A DNA stretch of 64,000 bases, from positions 244,659 to 308,658 of the forward strand of contig NZ_CBDATK010000007.1 in the NCBI RefSeq assembly GCF_965200135.1, given 5' to 3'. Made by a program: the position numbers and the translations under genes. Each line of letters opens with the position of its first letter. Position 1 is the first letter of the stretch. The notes below the pieces were generated by a model. That model worked only from the letters and a program-made list of their open reading frames with translations. It was not told the origin of the DNA and made no database searches. This stretch comes from Sphingomonas sp. (GTDB lineage: Bacteria > Pseudomonadota > Alphaproteobacteria > Sphingomonadales > Sphingomonadaceae). This document shows positions 1 to 10,803 of the stretch, piece by piece.

Positions 1-1599
1 AAGCTGACCGGCCCGCTGGTGGCCCGCCGCGCCCGTGCCGGCGAGAGCGTCGAGGCGCTCAACGGCCGCACCTACCTGCTCGACGAGGGCATGACGGTGA
101 TCGCCGACGACCGCGCGGTCCACGACATCGGCGGCATCATGGGTGGCGCCGAGTCGGGCGTGTCGGCGGCGACCACCGACGTGCTGATCGAGTGCGCCTA
201 CTTCACGCCGGAAGCGATCGCACGGACCGGACAGAAGCTGCAACTGACCAGCGACGCCCGCCAGCGGTTCGAGCGTGGCGTCGATCCCGCCTTCCTCGAC
301 GAGGGGCTGGCGATCGCGACGCGGCTCGTGCTCGACCTGTGCGGCGGCACGCCGTCCGCGATCGCGCGCGTCGGCGCACCGCCCGTGCAGAAGCGCGTGG
401 TCGTCTACGATCCGCACCTCGCGCGCGATCTCGGCGGCCTTGCCGTGCCGCCGGAAAAGCAGGCGCGCATCCTGCTCTCGCTCGGTTTCCAGATGGGCGC
501 GATCGATCATCCCGACGCCTATAGCGACGCGCTGTTCGCGACGATCGAGCGTGCCTGGCCGGTGACGGTGCCGACCTGGCGCCCCGACATCGATGGCCCC
601 GCCGATCTGGTCGAGGAGGTGATCCGCATCGCCGGCATAGACGCCGTGCCGCCGGTGCCGCTCGACCGCGCGCCGGGCGTCGCCCGCCCGACCGCGACAC
701 CCGAGCAGAAGCTGGAGCGCCGCGTCCGCCGCGCCGCCGCCGCGCGCGGGCTGGACGAGGCGGTGACGTGGAGCTTCGTGCCGGAGGCGCAGGCGGCGCT
801 GTTCGGCGGCGCGGTCTGGACCGTCGCCAACCCGATCAGCGAGGAGTTGAAGGCGATGCGCCCGTCGCTGCTCCCCGGCCTGCTCGCGGCCGCCTCGCGC
901 AATGCCCGCCACGGCGTCGCGACGACTCGGCTGTTCGAGATCGGCCGCCGCTATCTCGCCGACGCCGAGCCGCTGACGCTCGGGCTGGTGTTGGCCGGCG
1001 ACAAACGCGCGCGCGGCTGGCGGGACGGCAAGGCGACACCGTTCGACGCCTTCGACGCGAAGAGCGAGGCGCTGGCGCTGCTGCGGGAGGCGGGCGCGCC
1101 GGTCGACAATCTTCAGGTCATGGGGGAGGCGGGCGACGCCTGGCACCCCGGCCAGTCGGCGACGCTGCGGCTCGGGCCGAAGACGATCCTCGCGCGCGCC
1201 GGGATGCTCCACCCCACGCTGCTCAAGGCGTTCGACCTCGACGGTCCGGTCGCCGCGGCCGAACTCTATCTCGACGCCATCCCGGCGAAGCGGGGGACCG
1301 GGTTCGCGCGCCCGTCCTATGCGCCGCCCGCGTTGCAGGCGGTGCGCCGCGACTTCGCCTTTTCCGTCCCCGCCGACCTCGCCGCCGACACGCTGGTCCG
1401 CGCACTTCGTGGCGCCGACAAGGCTGCCATCGTCGCCGCACGCGTGTTCGACGTCTTCGCGCGCGACGACGAGCGCTCGATGGCGGTCGAGGTGACGTTG
1501 CAGCCCGGCGACAAGGCGTTCGTCGATGCCGAACTGAAGGCGATCGCGGACAAGGTCGTCGGCGCCGCGACGAAACTGGGAGCGACCCTGCGTGGCTGA
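1..1599 (+). CDS. pheT: phenylalanine--tRNA ligase beta subunit, C-terminal part (5' end outside window)
   Basis: The frame is open from nt 1. The translation contains VIADDRAVHDIGGIMGG and a PheT-like C-terminal half ending RSMAVEVTLQPGDKAF. Stop at 1597-1599. Confidence 0.85.
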   Translation, partial: KLTGPLVARRARAGESVEALNGRTYLLDEGMTVIADDRAVHDIGGIMGGAESGVSAATTDVLIECAYFTPEAIARTGQKLQLTSDARQRFERGVDPAFLDEGLAIATRLVLDLCGGTPSAIARVGAPPVQKRVVVYDPHLARDLGGLAVPPEKQARILLSLGFQMGAIDHPDAYSDALFATIERAWPVTVPTWRPDIDGPADLVEEVIRIAGIDAVPPVPLDRAPGVARPTATPEQKLERRVRRAAAARGLDEAVTWSFVPEAQAALFGGAVWTVANPISEELKAMRPSLLPGLLAAASRNARHGVATTRLFEIGRRYLADAEPLTLGLVLAGDKRARGWRDGKATPFDAFDAKSEALALLREAGAPVDNLQVMGEAGDAWHPGQSATLRLGPKTILARAGMLHPTLLKAFDLDGPVAAAELYLDAIPAKRGTGFARPSYAPPALQAVRRDFAFSVPADLAADTLVRALRGADKAAIVAARVFDVFARDDERSMAVEVTLQPGDKAFVDAELKAIADKVVGAATKLGATLRG

Positions 1600-2467
1600 G
1601 TGGATCGAGATCACGTCCGGGCAGCTCACCGCCGCGATCGACCCGCTCGGCGCGCAGTTGTCGTCGCTCCGCGATGCGGGCGGCCGCGAGCTGATGACCG
1701 ACGCCGACCCGGCGTTCTGGACCGGCCGCGCGCCGCTGCTGTTCCCGGTCGTCGGGCGATGCGCCGGCGACACGATCCGGGTCGGCGGCCGTGACTATCC
1801 AATGCAGCAGCATGGTTTCGCGCGTAAATCGACATTCACGATTGCCGACCGGGCGCCCGACTGCGTCGTCTTCGCCCTGACCGACAGTGCCGCGACGCGC
1901 GCGCAATATCCATTCGCGTTCCGGCTGGAGGTCGCCTTTTTGCTCGTCGGCGCGACGCTCGCGGTCGACGTGACGATCGCCAACCCCGCCGACACCCCGC
2001 TCCCCGCCAGCTTCGGCTTCCACCCCGCCTTCGCTTGGCCGCTACCCTACGGCCACGATCGCGCCGACCACCGCATCGTCTTCGCCGCCGACGAGCCCGA
2101 TGCCATCCGGCAGATCGGCGCCGACGGCACCATACTGCCGGTGTCCCGCCCGTCACCGCTCGACGGCCGCGAGCTTCCGTTGACGGACGAGCTGTTCGCG
2201 CAGGATGCGCTGATCTGGGATCACGTCCACACGCAGTCGGTGACCTATGGCGCGGCCACCGGCCCGCAGCTGGAGATCACCTTCCCCGACACGCCGATGC
2301 TCGGCATCTGGACCAAGCCCGGCGCGCATTTCGTCTGCGTCGAGCCCTGGCACGGCATCGCCGACCCACAAGGCTTCGCGGGCGACTTCCGCGACAAGCC
2401 CGGCGTGTTCTCGGTGCCGCCGGGCGGCAGCAAGCACATCGCGCTGCGCGTGACGCTACACGACTGA
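1592..2467 (+). CDS. aldose 1-epimerase family protein
   Basis: 291-aa ORF with a GTG start overlapping the pheT stop by 8 nt. Contains FGFHPAF and VEPWHG blocks typical of the galactose-mutarotase-like fold. Confidence 0.65.
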   Translation: MAEWIEITSGQLTAAIDPLGAQLSSLRDAGGRELMTDADPAFWTGRAPLLFPVVGRCAGDTIRVGGRDYPMQQHGFARKSTFTIADRAPDCVVFALTDSAATRAQYPFAFRLEVAFLLVGATLAVDVTIANPADTPLPASFGFHPAFAWPLPYGHDRADHRIVFAADEPDAIRQIGADGTILPVSRPSPLDGRELPLTDELFAQDALIWDHVHTQSVTYGAATGPQLEITFPDTPMLGIWTKPGAHFVCVEPWHGIADPQGFAGDFRDKPGVFSVPPGGSKHIALRVTLHD

Positions 2468-2586
2468 ATGCTGTCCTATGTCGGCGAAAGCTGCCATGCG
2501 GCGCTCGCCTTCACGCATCGGCGCTGGCGCAAGGCCACGACGACCCTGTGTAGGATGCGACTTTGCGATTCGAGTAACCCCTGCCG

Positions 2587-4110
2587 ATGACCTCCCCCCG
2601 CCGCACCTTCGCGATCATCTCGCACCCCGACGCCGGCAAGACCACCTTGACCGAGAAGCTGCTCTACGTCGGCGGCGCGATCCACCTTGCCGGCGAGGTC
2701 AAGGCGCGCGGCCAGAACCGGCGCGCGCGCTCCGACTGGATGAAGATCGAGCAACAGCGCGGCATTTCCGTTACCTCGTCGGTGATGACGTTCGAGAAGG
2801 ACGGCGTCACCTTCAACCTGCTCGACACGCCGGGACATGAGGATTTCAGCGAGGACACCTATCGCACGCTGACCGCGGTCGACTCCGCCGTGATGGTGAT
2901 CGACGCGGCGCGCGGGATCGAGGCGCAGACGCGCAAGCTGTTCGAGGTCTGTCGCCTGCGCTCGGTGCCGATCATCACCTTCGTCAACAAGGTCGATCGC
3001 GAGGGCCGCGCGCCGTTCGAGCTGCTGGACGAGATCGCCGACATCCTGGCGCTCGACGTCGCGCCGATGAACTGGCCGATCGGCATGGGCGGCGAGTTCG
3101 AGGGCGTGCTCGACTTCGCGACCGGCCGGATCGGGCGGCCGGAGGGCGACAGCCGCAATTTCCGGGGGCAGACCGACGATACGCCGCTGTCCGACCGTTT
3201 CGCCGAGGAGGTCGAGCTGGCGCAGGGCGGCTATGCGGCGTTCGACGGCGAGGCGTATCGCAACGGCGACCTGACGCCCGTCTATTTCGGCTCCGCGCTC
3301 AAGGACTTCGGCCCCGCCGAGCTGATCGCCGCCCTCGCCACCCACGCCCCCGCGCCACGCCCGCAGCCCGCCGAACCCGCCCCCGTCTCGCCCGATGACG
3401 ACGAGGTCACCGGCTTCGTCTTCAAGGTCCAGGCGAACATGGACCCGCAGCATCGCGACCGCATCGCCTTCATGCGGCTGTGCTCGGGCACCTTCAGGCG
3501 CGGGATGAAGCTGACGCCGTCGGGTTCGGGCAAGCCGATCGCGGTGCATTCGCCGATCCTGTTCTTCGCGCAGGACCGGGAGATCGCCGACGTCGCCTAT
3601 CCCGGCGACATCATCGGCATCCCGAACCACGGCACGCTGCGCGTCGGCGACACGCTGTCGGAACGTGCCGACGTCCGCTTCACCGGCCTGCCCAACTTCG
3701 CGCCCGAGATCCTGCGCCGCGTCCAGCTCAAGGACCCGACCAAGACCAAACAGCTCCGCAAGGCGCTGGACGACATGGCCGAAGAGGGCGTGACGCAGGT
3801 CTTCTATCCGGAGATCGGCTCCAACTGGATCATCGGCGTCGTCGGTCAGCTCCAGCTCGACGTGCTGCTCAGCCGCCTCGACGCCGAATACAAGGTCGCC
3901 GCCGCGCTGGAGCCGGCACCGTTCGACACCGCGCGCTGGGTGTCGGCGGACGACGCGGCCGACCTCAAGGCGTTCGCCGACCTCAACCGTACCGCGATGG
4001 CGAAGGACCGCGACGACAATCCGGTGTTCCTCGCCAAGTCGGCGTGGGAAGTCGGCTATGTCCAGGACCGCTACCCGAAGGTCCGCTTCGCGGCGACGCG
4101 GGAGCGCTAG
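2587..4110 (+). CDS. prfC: peptide chain release factor 3
   Basis: GTPase motifs AIISHPDAGKTTLTEKLL, DTPGHEDF and NKVDR; length 507 aa; RF3-like C-terminal domains. Confidence 0.95.
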   Translation: MTSPRRTFAIISHPDAGKTTLTEKLLYVGGAIHLAGEVKARGQNRRARSDWMKIEQQRGISVTSSVMTFEKDGVTFNLLDTPGHEDFSEDTYRTLTAVDSAVMVIDAARGIEAQTRKLFEVCRLRSVPIITFVNKVDREGRAPFELLDEIADILALDVAPMNWPIGMGGEFEGVLDFATGRIGRPEGDSRNFRGQTDDTPLSDRFAEEVELAQGGYAAFDGEAYRNGDLTPVYFGSALKDFGPAELIAALATHAPAPRPQPAEPAPVSPDDDEVTGFVFKVQANMDPQHRDRIAFMRLCSGTFRRGMKLTPSGSGKPIAVHSPILFFAQDREIADVAYPGDIIGIPNHGTLRVGDTLSERADVRFTGLPNFAPEILRRVQLKDPTKTKQLRKALDDMAEEGVTQVFYPEIGSNWIIGVVGQLQLDVLLSRLDAEYKVAAALEPAPFDTARWVSADDAADLKAFADLNRTAMAKDRDDNPVFLAKSAWEVGYVQDRYPKVRFAATRER

Positions 4111-5405
4111 GCCGGCTGTTCCACCCAGCCGCGCCGCAGCGCCTTGACCGCGAACAGCGCCAGCACGGCGGCGACCAGATAGAACCCCACCGCGATGATC
4201 GCGCCATAGCGCAGCGAGTCGTCGCCATATTGCCCCTTCAGCGCCACCGACAACGCGCCCATCAGCCACGGGCCGACGCCCAGCCCGATCAGGTTGTTGA
4301 TGAGCAGGAACGTCCCCGACGCGCTGGTCCGCATCCGCGCGGGCACCAGATGCTGGACGGCGGTGATGACCGGCCCCAGCCACAGCGTGTTGAGCGCGTT
4401 GGGAATGACCAGCAGGAACCAGGTCATCATCGGCGCGTCGCTGAGCAGCCCCAGCACGAACATCGGCGCGGTGATGAGCCAGGCGATCGCCGGGATCTTC
4501 ACGTACCAGCCCCGGTCGCGCTTCCCCAGCCAGTCGGCGACCACCCCGCCCATGAAGATGCCCGTCGCCCCGCCGAGCAGCAGCAACGAGGCCATGAACT
4601 GCCCCGCCGGGATCAGCCCCCAGTTGAACCGCTGCATCAGGATCTTGGGCGTCCACAGCGCCAGACCATAGCCCGCGAGCGAGCTGCACCCGGCCGCGAA
4701 CGCCATCAGCCAGAAGGCGGGCTTCGACGCCAGGATGGGAAAGACCGCGAACACCGGCACGCGATCGGCCGGCGCGGCGAGCGTGCCCGGCTTGTCGCGC
4801 ACGATCCACATGAAGAACGGTGCCAGCACGACGCCGGCGAGGCCGACGCTGACGAACGCGGTCTGCCAGTCGACCAGCGCCGCGATATAGGCACCCGCCA
4901 GCACCCCGCAGGCGAGCCCGATCGGAATACCCATCGAATAGATCGCCAGCGCCCGCGCGCGGCGTTCCAGCGGGAAATAGTCGGCGATCAGCGCATAGGA
5001 CGGCGCCACCCCGCCCGCCTCGCCCACGCCGACCCCCAGCCGATAGAGGAACAGCTGCCAGAAGCCGACCGCCGTCCCGCACAGCGCGGTGAAGGCGCTC
5101 CACACCACCAGCGATCCGGCGATCACCTTGGTCTTGCCGATCCGGTCGGCGAGCAGCGCCAGCGGCACGCCGAACACCGAATAGAGGATCGCGAAGGCGA
5201 GCCCCGCGATCGCCCCGAACTGCGCGTCGTCCAGATGCAGGTCCGCCTGGATCGGCTTGGCGAGGATGCCCAGGATCTGCCGGTCGAGGAAGTTGAAGGT
5301 ATAGACCAGCAACAGCATCGCCAGCACGATGCGCGGATAACCGGACGAGGAGGTATCGTCGTTCGTCGCCCGCATCACACCCTCTCCCGGTCGCGTCGAT
5401 CGCAA
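4107..5405 (-). CDS. MFS transporter
   Basis: 432 aa and polytopic. N-terminal FNFLDRQILGILAKPIQ and multiple hydrophobic spans. Start may be the internal Met at 5375. Confidence 0.8.
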   Translation of the reverse strand: MRSTRPGEGVMRATNDDTSSSGYPRIVLAMLLLVYTFNFLDRQILGILAKPIQADLHLDDAQFGAIAGLAFAILYSVFGVPLALLADRIGKTKVIAGSLVVWSAFTALCGTAVGFWQLFLYRLGVGVGEAGGVAPSYALIADYFPLERRARALAIYSMGIPIGLACGVLAGAYIAALVDWQTAFVSVGLAGVVLAPFFMWIVRDKPGTLAAPADRVPVFAVFPILASKPAFWLMAFAAGCSSLAGYGLALWTPKILMQRFNWGLIPAGQFMASLLLLGGATGIFMGGVVADWLGKRDRGWYVKIPAIAWLITAPMFVLGLLSDAPMMTWFLLVIPNALNTLWLGPVITAVQHLVPARMRTSASGTFLLINNLIGLGVGPWLMGALSVALKGQYGDDSLRYGAIIAVGFYLVAAVLALFAVKALRRGWVEQPA

Positions 5406-5490
5406 CCATGCCGGTTTTCGCCGGCGTGGCTAGTCCCGATGGCGTCCTGGCGACTTCTCTCCCGACCTCTCCGACGGCTCGTCACCGGCA

Positions 5491-5853
5491 TCACGCGGAA
5501 AGGTCGACTCCGTCATCCGCCGACAACGCGGCGGCCAGTGCCTCGCGGATGGCGCGCAGCTCCGCATTCGCAGCGGCAGGCGCCTCGACCGGCCCGGCCG
5601 CCAGCAGTTGCTGCATGCCACGCACCGTGTAGCCCTGCCGGTTGAGCGCCGCGTCGATCCGCCGCACCAGTGCCACGTCCTCCGCGCGATAATAACGCCT
5701 GCCGCCGGCACGCGTCAGCGGCCGCAGCTGGACGAAGCGCTTTTCCCAGTAACGCAGGATGTGCTGCGGCAACCCGGTTTCGCGCGACACCTCGCCGATC
5801 GTCCGCAGCGCGCCGCTTGCCTTCGAACTGGCCGCCGCGGGGCCATCCGCCAT
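5491..5853 (-). CDS. MerR family transcriptional regulator
   Basis: Internal ATG of track ORF 5491..6186. HTH block TIGEVSRETGLPQHILRYWEKRF. Lies immediately downstream of ihfA, as is common in alphaproteobacteria. Confidence 0.8.
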   Translation of the reverse strand: MADGPAAASSKASGALRTIGEVSRETGLPQHILRYWEKRFVQLRPLTRAGGRRYYRAEDVALVRRIDAALNRQGYTVRGMQQLLAAGPVEAPAAANAELRAIREALAAALSADDGVDLSA

Positions 5854-5858
5854 CGCCG

Positions 5859-6173
5859 TCAGCCGGCCGCCACGATGCGCTCGCGCATCATCTGGCTGGC
5901 TCGGAAGGTGAGCACACGTCGCGGCGCGATCGGCACCTCGACGCCTGTCTTGGGATTGCGGCCGACGCGCTCGCCCTTGTCGCGGAGCACGAAGGTGCCG
6001 AAGCCCGAAATCTTGACGTTCTCGCCGTTCGACAGCGCCTCGCACATGTCGCCAAGGATCTGCTCGACGATCTTTGCCGAATCGGCGCGGCTCAGCCCCA
6101 CCTCGCGGTGCAGCGCTTCGGCCAGATCGGCGCGGGTCAGCGTTCCCACCGTCGTCATCAGCACACCAGTCAT
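5859..6173 (-). CDS. ihfA: integration host factor subunit alpha
   Basis: IHF/HU fold: [17 protein letters not shown] ... [37 protein letters not shown]. Start may be the Met at 6158. Confidence 0.9.
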   Translation of the reverse strand: MTGVLMTTVGTLTRADLAEALHREVGLSRADSAKIVEQILGDMCEALSNGENVKISGFGTFVLRDKGERVGRNPKTGVEVPIAPRRVLTFRASQMMRERIVAAG

Positions 6174-6231
6174 CCCCCGAATCCACTGTCTTTAACCGAG
6201 GTTACCGGTAACGGAAAGCCTTTGACAAAGG

Positions 6232-7212
6232 CTAATAGCGCAACACCGCCGCACCCCAGGTGAACCCGCCGCCCATCGCCTCCAGCACCAGCAGATCGCC
6301 GCGCTTGATCCGCCCGTCGCGCACCGCCGTGTCGAGCGCCAGCGGCACCGACGCGGCCGAGGTGTTGGCGTGCTGGTCGACCGTCACCACCACCTTTTCG
6401 GGCGGCAGCCCCAGCTTGCGCGCGGTCGCGTCGAGGATGCGCGCGTTGGCCTGGTGCGGCACCACCCAGTCGACCTGGTGCGACTCGAGACCGGCGAGGT
6501 CCAGCACCTCCTGCATCACCGCCGCCAGGTTGACGACGGCGTGGCGGAATACCTCGCGGCCCTTCATGCGGAGCTTGCCGACCGTCCCCGTGGTCGACGG
6601 CCCGCCGTCGACATAGAGCATGTCGTTGTGCCGCCCGTCGGCGTGGAGCCGGGTCGCCAGGATGCCGCGCGCGTCGGGGCTGGCGACGTTGTCCGCACTC
6701 TCCCGCGCTTCCAGCACCAGCGCACCCGCGCCGTCGCCGAAGAGCACGCAGGTCGCACGGTCCTCCCAGTCGAGGATGCGGCTGAACGTCTCCGCGCCGA
6801 TCACCAGCGCCTTGGCATGGAGGCCGGTCTTGAGCATCGCGTCGGCGACCTGCACCGCATAAAGGAAGCCCGAGCACACCGCCGCCACGTCGAACGCGAC
6901 GCAATCGGGGATGCCGAGCGCCGCCTGCACCTTCGTCGCGGACGACGGAAAGGTCTGGTCCGGCGTCGCGGTCGCCAGCACGATCAGGTCGATGTCGACC
7001 GCGAGGACGCCCGCCGCCGCCAGCGCCGCCTTGCACGCATCCGTCGCCAGCGTCGCGGTGGTCTCGTCCGGACCGGCGATGTGGCGGAAGCGGATACCGG
7101 TGCGCTCGACGATCCACTCGTCGCTGGTATCGACCTCCTGCGCAAGTTCGGCGTTCGACACGCGCCGGACGGGCAGCGCCGAGCCGGTGCCGGTGACGAC
7201 GCTGCGGATCAC
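6232..7212 (-). CDS. fabH: 3-oxoacyl-ACP synthase III
   Basis: 326 aa. Active-site Cys context AAVCSGF, then VPHQAN and GGGFTWGA. Confidence 0.95.
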   Translation of the reverse strand: MIRSVVTGTGSALPVRRVSNAELAQEVDTSDEWIVERTGIRFRHIAGPDETTATLATDACKAALAAAGVLAVDIDLIVLATATPDQTFPSSATKVQAALGIPDCVAFDVAAVCSGFLYAVQVADAMLKTGLHAKALVIGAETFSRILDWEDRATCVLFGDGAGALVLEARESADNVASPDARGILATRLHADGRHNDMLYVDGGPSTTGTVGKLRMKGREVFRHAVVNLAAVMQEVLDLAGLESHQVDWVVPHQANARILDATARKLGLPPEKVVVTVDQHANTSAASVPLALDTAVRDGRIKRGDLLVLEAMGGGFTWGAAVLRY

Positions 7213-8261
7213 GCGGCCGGCCGGATCATGGTCTGGGCGACATTGCCCAGATCGTCGGCGATGCGGCGCGTGAGGTCGGCACGGACCATCTTGGCCGCAT
7301 TGCCGATCGCGGTCGCGACACCGCTAGCGGACGCGCCGCCATGGCTCTTCACGACGATGCCGTTCAGCCCCAGAAAGACCGCGCCGTTGTGGTTGTTCGG
7401 GTCGAGATGCTCGCGCAGCAGCTCGGTCGCGGGTCGCGAGATCAGAAAGCCGAGCTTCGACCGGATCGACGACGTAAAGGCGCGGCGCAGCAGGTCGGCG
7501 ACGAACCGCGCCGTCCCCTCCGCGGTCTTGAGCGCGATGTTGCCCGCAAAGCCGTCGCATACGATCACGTCGTGGTCGCCGCGCGCCAGCTTGTCGCCCT
7601 CGACGAAGCCGGTGAAGGTCAACGGCAACGTCGCGCTACGCAGCACCTGTGCCGCCTCGCGGATTTCGCCGGTGCCCTTCTGCTCTTCCGAGCCGATGTT
7701 GAGCAGCCCGACGCGCGGGCTTTCCAGATCGAAATTGGTCCGCGCATAGGCCGCACCCATCACCGCGAACTGGACCAGGTTGCGCGCGTCGACCTCCGCA
7801 TTGGCGCCCAGGTCGAGCATGATGACGTCGTTCGCGCCCAGCGTCGGCAGCGGCGCGGCGAGCGCGGGCCGGTCGATTCCCGGCAGCATCCGCAGGCTGA
7901 TCTTCGCCATCGCCATCAGCGCGCCGGTGTTGCCCGCCGACACGGCCGCGCCCGCGCGCCCCTTCTTCACCAGGTCGATGGCGATGCCCATCGACGTGGT
8001 CTTGGCGCGCCGGATCGCCTGGCTCGGCTTGTCGCTGCCGCCGATCACTTCGGGCGCGTGAACGACCTCGGCGCCGGCCGACAGGTTCGGGTGCTTCCGC
8101 AACCCGTCGGCGATCCGCGACTCGTCGCCGACCAGGATGAAGCGCATTCCCTCATCCGCGCCTCGCGCCTTTGCGACGCCTGCCAGCATGACCGCCAACC
8201 CCTCGTCGCCGCCCATCGCATCGACGGCGATCGTTGATTGATCGGGCATGGAAGGTTTCAC
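7209..8261 (-). CDS. plsX: phosphate acyltransferase
   Basis: 350 aa with AVDAMGGD near the N-terminus. Sits in the conserved position between rpmF and fabH, with a 4-nt overlap with fabH. GTG at 8261, or ATG at 8249. Confidence 0.93.
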   Translation of the reverse strand: MKPSMPDQSTIAVDAMGGDEGLAVMLAGVAKARGADEGMRFILVGDESRIADGLRKHPNLSAGAEVVHAPEVIGGSDKPSQAIRRAKTTSMGIAIDLVKKGRAGAAVSAGNTGALMAMAKISLRMLPGIDRPALAAPLPTLGANDVIMLDLGANAEVDARNLVQFAVMGAAYARTNFDLESPRVGLLNIGSEEQKGTGEIREAAQVLRSATLPLTFTGFVEGDKLARGDHDVIVCDGFAGNIALKTAEGTARFVADLLRRAFTSSIRSKLGFLISRPATELLREHLDPNNHNGAVFLGLNGIVVKSHGGASASGVATAIGNAAKMVRADLTRRIADDLGNVAQTMIRPAA

Positions 8262-8278
8262 GTTCGTCTTGTGCTGGC

Positions 8279-8458
8279 TCAGCCCTCGACCGCGACGATC
8301 TCGCGGCCGTTATAATGACCGCACGCGTTGCAGAGATTGTGCGGGCGCTTCAGCTCGCCGCAGTTCGGGCATTCCTGAAAGCTGTCGATGCTCAGCGCGT
8401 CGTGCGCCCGGCGCATGCCACGGCGGGAAGGCGAAGTCTTTCTTTTGGGGACGGCCAT
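8279..8458 (-). CDS. rpmF: 50S ribosomal protein L32
   Basis: Not in the ORF track (59 aa). Read by eye as [59 protein letters not shown]. Lies upstream of plsX. Confidence 0.9.
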   Translation of the reverse strand: MAVPKRKTSPSRRGMRRAHDALSIDSFQECPNCGELKRPHNLCNACGHYNGREIVAVEG

Positions 8459-8656
8459 TGCGGCACCTTGTTCTTAAATCGGACCACTGCGTTAGGCCCG
8501 CTCAGGCGCTTCGGCAACCGGCTTGGAATGGCCGGCCGCGAGAAGCAGCTCGAACGGCCGGACGCATCGCGAAGCGCGCGCCTATAGCGCAATGCCCGCG
8601 CGTTGCAACCCATGCGGAACGGTGGCAATCCGCAACCGAACCGCGGGGAGATCGAT

Positions 8657-9094
8657 ATGGTGCTGCGCTTGCCGGAAGTGACGCTGGTGCTGGCGGGGCT
8701 GTGCGCGCTGCTCAACATCTGGCTCGGCTACCGCGTCGGTCAGGTGCGGCGCGCGGCGAAGGTGTCGGTCGGCGACGGCGGCGACGAGCGGGTCATCCGC
8801 CGGATGCGCGCCCATGCCAATTTCGCGGAGAACACGCCGATCGTGGTGCTGCTGGTGCTGGCGCTGGAACTGAGCGTCGGACCGTCGCCGTGGCTGTGGG
8901 CGGCGGCGGCGCTGTTCGTCGTGGCGCGGATCGGCCACGCGCTCGGCATGGACGGCTGGTCGCTCGGGCGGAGTGGCGGCATCGGCATCACCTTCGCGCT
9001 GCAACTGGCGCTGGCGGTCTGGGCGATCGCGCTGCCGCTGACCGTGCCGCACGCCGGCCAGCCGCAGGACGTGACGGTGCCGGCGAACGGTTAG
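8657..9094 (+). CDS. MAPEG family membrane protein
   Basis: Internal ATG preceded by GGGGAG. Hydrophobic helices and the RRMRAHANFAENTP motif. Confidence 0.6.
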   Translation: MVLRLPEVTLVLAGLCALLNIWLGYRVGQVRRAAKVSVGDGGDERVIRRMRAHANFAENTPIVVLLVLALELSVGPSPWLWAAAALFVVARIGHALGMDGWSLGRSGGIGITFALQLALAVWAIALPLTVPHAGQPQDVTVPANG

Positions 9095-9750
9095 CCCGCC
9101 AGCGCCGCGTCGCTCACGAACGGATTGTGCCGCCGCTCGTGCCCGAAGGTCGAGGGCTGGCCGTGACCCGGAATGAACGCGATGTCGTCGCCCAGCGGCC
9201 ACAGCTTGTCGACCACCGACCGGACCAGCGTCGCGTGGTCGCCGCCCGGCAGGTCGGTGCGCCCGACCGAGCCCTGAAACAGCACATCGCCGACCTGCGC
9301 GAAGTTCGACGGCGCGTGGTGAAAGATCACATGCCCCTGCGTGTGGCCCGGCGTCTCGTAGACGTCGAGCGTCAGCTCGCCGACGCTGACCGTGTCGCCT
9401 TCCTTCAGCCAGCGGTCGGGCTCGAACTGCACGCCGTTTATGCCCCAGTTGCGGCCGTCGTCATCGAGTCGCGCCAGCCAGAAGCGGTCCGCCTCGTGCG
9501 GTCCCTCGATCGGCACGCCCAGCGCGTCCGCCAGCGGCTTCGCCTCGCCGGCGTGATCGATATGACCGTGGGTCAGCCAGATCCGGTCGATCGTCACCCC
9601 CGCCTGATCGGCCGCGGCGCGGATGCGCGCCATGTCGCCGCCGGGATCGACCACCGCCGCCTTCATCGTCGCGGTGCACCAGATCAGCGTGCAGTTCTGC
9701 TGGAGCGGCGTCACGGGCACGATCGCGGCGCGCAGGGGAGGGTTGGTCAT
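9091..9750 (-). CDS. MBL-fold metallo-hydrolase (glyoxalase II-like)
   Basis: HxHxDH motif in WLTHGHIDHAG. Start taken at the internal Met (MTNPPLRAAIVPVTPLQQNC). Confidence 0.8.
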   Translation of the reverse strand: MTNPPLRAAIVPVTPLQQNCTLIWCTATMKAAVVDPGGDMARIRAAADQAGVTIDRIWLTHGHIDHAGEAKPLADALGVPIEGPHEADRFWLARLDDDGRNWGINGVQFEPDRWLKEGDTVSVGELTLDVYETPGHTQGHVIFHHAPSNFAQVGDVLFQGSVGRTDLPGGDHATLVRSVVDKLWPLGDDIAFIPGHGQPSTFGHERRHNPFVSDAALAG

Positions 9751-10033
9751 GGTCGCGAGATGGCGGCGGCTCCCCGCGACGTCAACGCGCTTGCCGCACG
9801 TCCCCGCGCTGCTAGGCTGACACACGGAGGCCTGGCCTCCGCACGTTCGCGCGCCTGGTCGGACCCACCTTACGGGTGGGCGCGGTCGCAGAAGGGCGAG
9901 CGTTCACAGCTCAGGACTGCCACCAACGGTCCCCGGCGCCACGCCCTCGGGCAGGTCGTGGTCGGGCCAAGCGGGTCTTGCACCCCCGCCCGGCCACCCC
10001 GGCGCCGGGGGACTTCGGAAGAAGGGAAAGAAA

Positions 10034-10798
10034 ATGATCGGCTGGATCCTGCTCGCCGTCGCGCTGATCGCCGTATTGTTGATCGCCGCGACCGCGCCGA
10101 CGGTGGTGACGGTGCGACCGTGGGAGACGGTGCTGGTCTATGCCGGCGGTCGCTTCGACCGTGCGCTCGGCGCGGGGCGGCACTGGCTGTTCCGCCCCTT
10201 CGGTCGTCCCGAACTGGTGCGGATCGTGACGACCCCGCAGAGCGCGCAGGTCGGCCCGGTCGAGGTCTTCAGCCGAGAGGGCTTCGCCTACCGCGTGACG
10301 CTCGCCCTCACCTTCGTTCCCGCCGATCCGCGCGCCTATCACGAGGCGAGCGCCGGCACCGCGTTCCTTCCCGGCGTCAGGCTGCCCGGCTTCGACGCCG
10401 CGCTGACCGCCGCCGTCATGGCCGCCGCCGCGACGCGCCCGCTCGCCGAGCTGCTGACCGACCCACAGCCGCTCGCCACCGAGGCGCTCGCCGCCGTCGC
10501 GCCCGCTTTTCCGGCGGTGACGCTCGCTCAGCCGGCGGTGTCGCGCCTGCAATTGCCGCCGGAGGTCCGCCGCCTGTTCACCGAGGTAGAGGCCGCCCGC
10601 CTTCAGGGGCTGGCCGCGCTGGAACGCGCGCGCGGCGAGCAGGCGGCGCTGCGCTCGCTCGCCAATGCCGCGCGGCTGGTCCGCGACAATCCCGAATTGG
10701 CGCAGCTCCGCCTGCTCCAGACGATCGAGACCGCCAAACGCCCCGCGACGGTGGTGCTGACCCAGCCCGGCATCCCGGTCGCCGCCCCCGCCGGCTGA
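10034..10798 (+). CDS. SPFH/band-7 (slipin-like) domain membrane protein
   Basis: N-terminal TM helix followed by VRPWETVLVYAGGRF...WLFRPFG, the typical start of an SPFH domain, and a coiled C-terminal part. Confidence 0.55.
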   Translation: MIGWILLAVALIAVLLIAATAPTVVTVRPWETVLVYAGGRFDRALGAGRHWLFRPFGRPELVRIVTTPQSAQVGPVEVFSREGFAYRVTLALTFVPADPRAYHEASAGTAFLPGVRLPGFDAALTAAVMAAAATRPLAELLTDPQPLATEALAAVAPAFPAVTLAQPAVSRLQLPPEVRRLFTEVEAARLQGLAALERARGEQAALRSLANAARLVRDNPELAQLRLLQTIETAKRPATVVLTQPGIPVAAPAG

Positions 10799-10803
10799 TC
10801 CGG

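Noticed and set aside
2476-5409. Very long ORFs in the six-frame track, for example 2476..5409(-), 3480..5645(+), 38506..42003(+), 38955..40075(-), 21259..22542(-) and the first 2.5 kb of 8248..12546(+).
   Set aside because: They run antisense to, or out of frame with, genes that have clear conserved motifs (prfC, MFS, gltB, exonuclease). Their products are Arg/Ala/Gly/Pro-rich low-complexity strings, as expected for stop-poor off-frames in ~67% GC DNA.
9751-10033. A 283-bp divergent intergenic region with GC hairpins (GGAGGCC-T-GGCCTCC at ~9836-9850; CCCACC-TTAC-GGGTGG at ~9864-9879) and a perfect 14-nt palindrome CCCCGGCGCCGGGG (9997-10010). I considered an SRP/4.5S-like or other small RNA.
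   Set aside because: I could not find the conserved SRP domain IV sequence (GGAA tetraloop context) or any other diagnostic motif. GC-only palindromes of this size are expected by chance at this composition.
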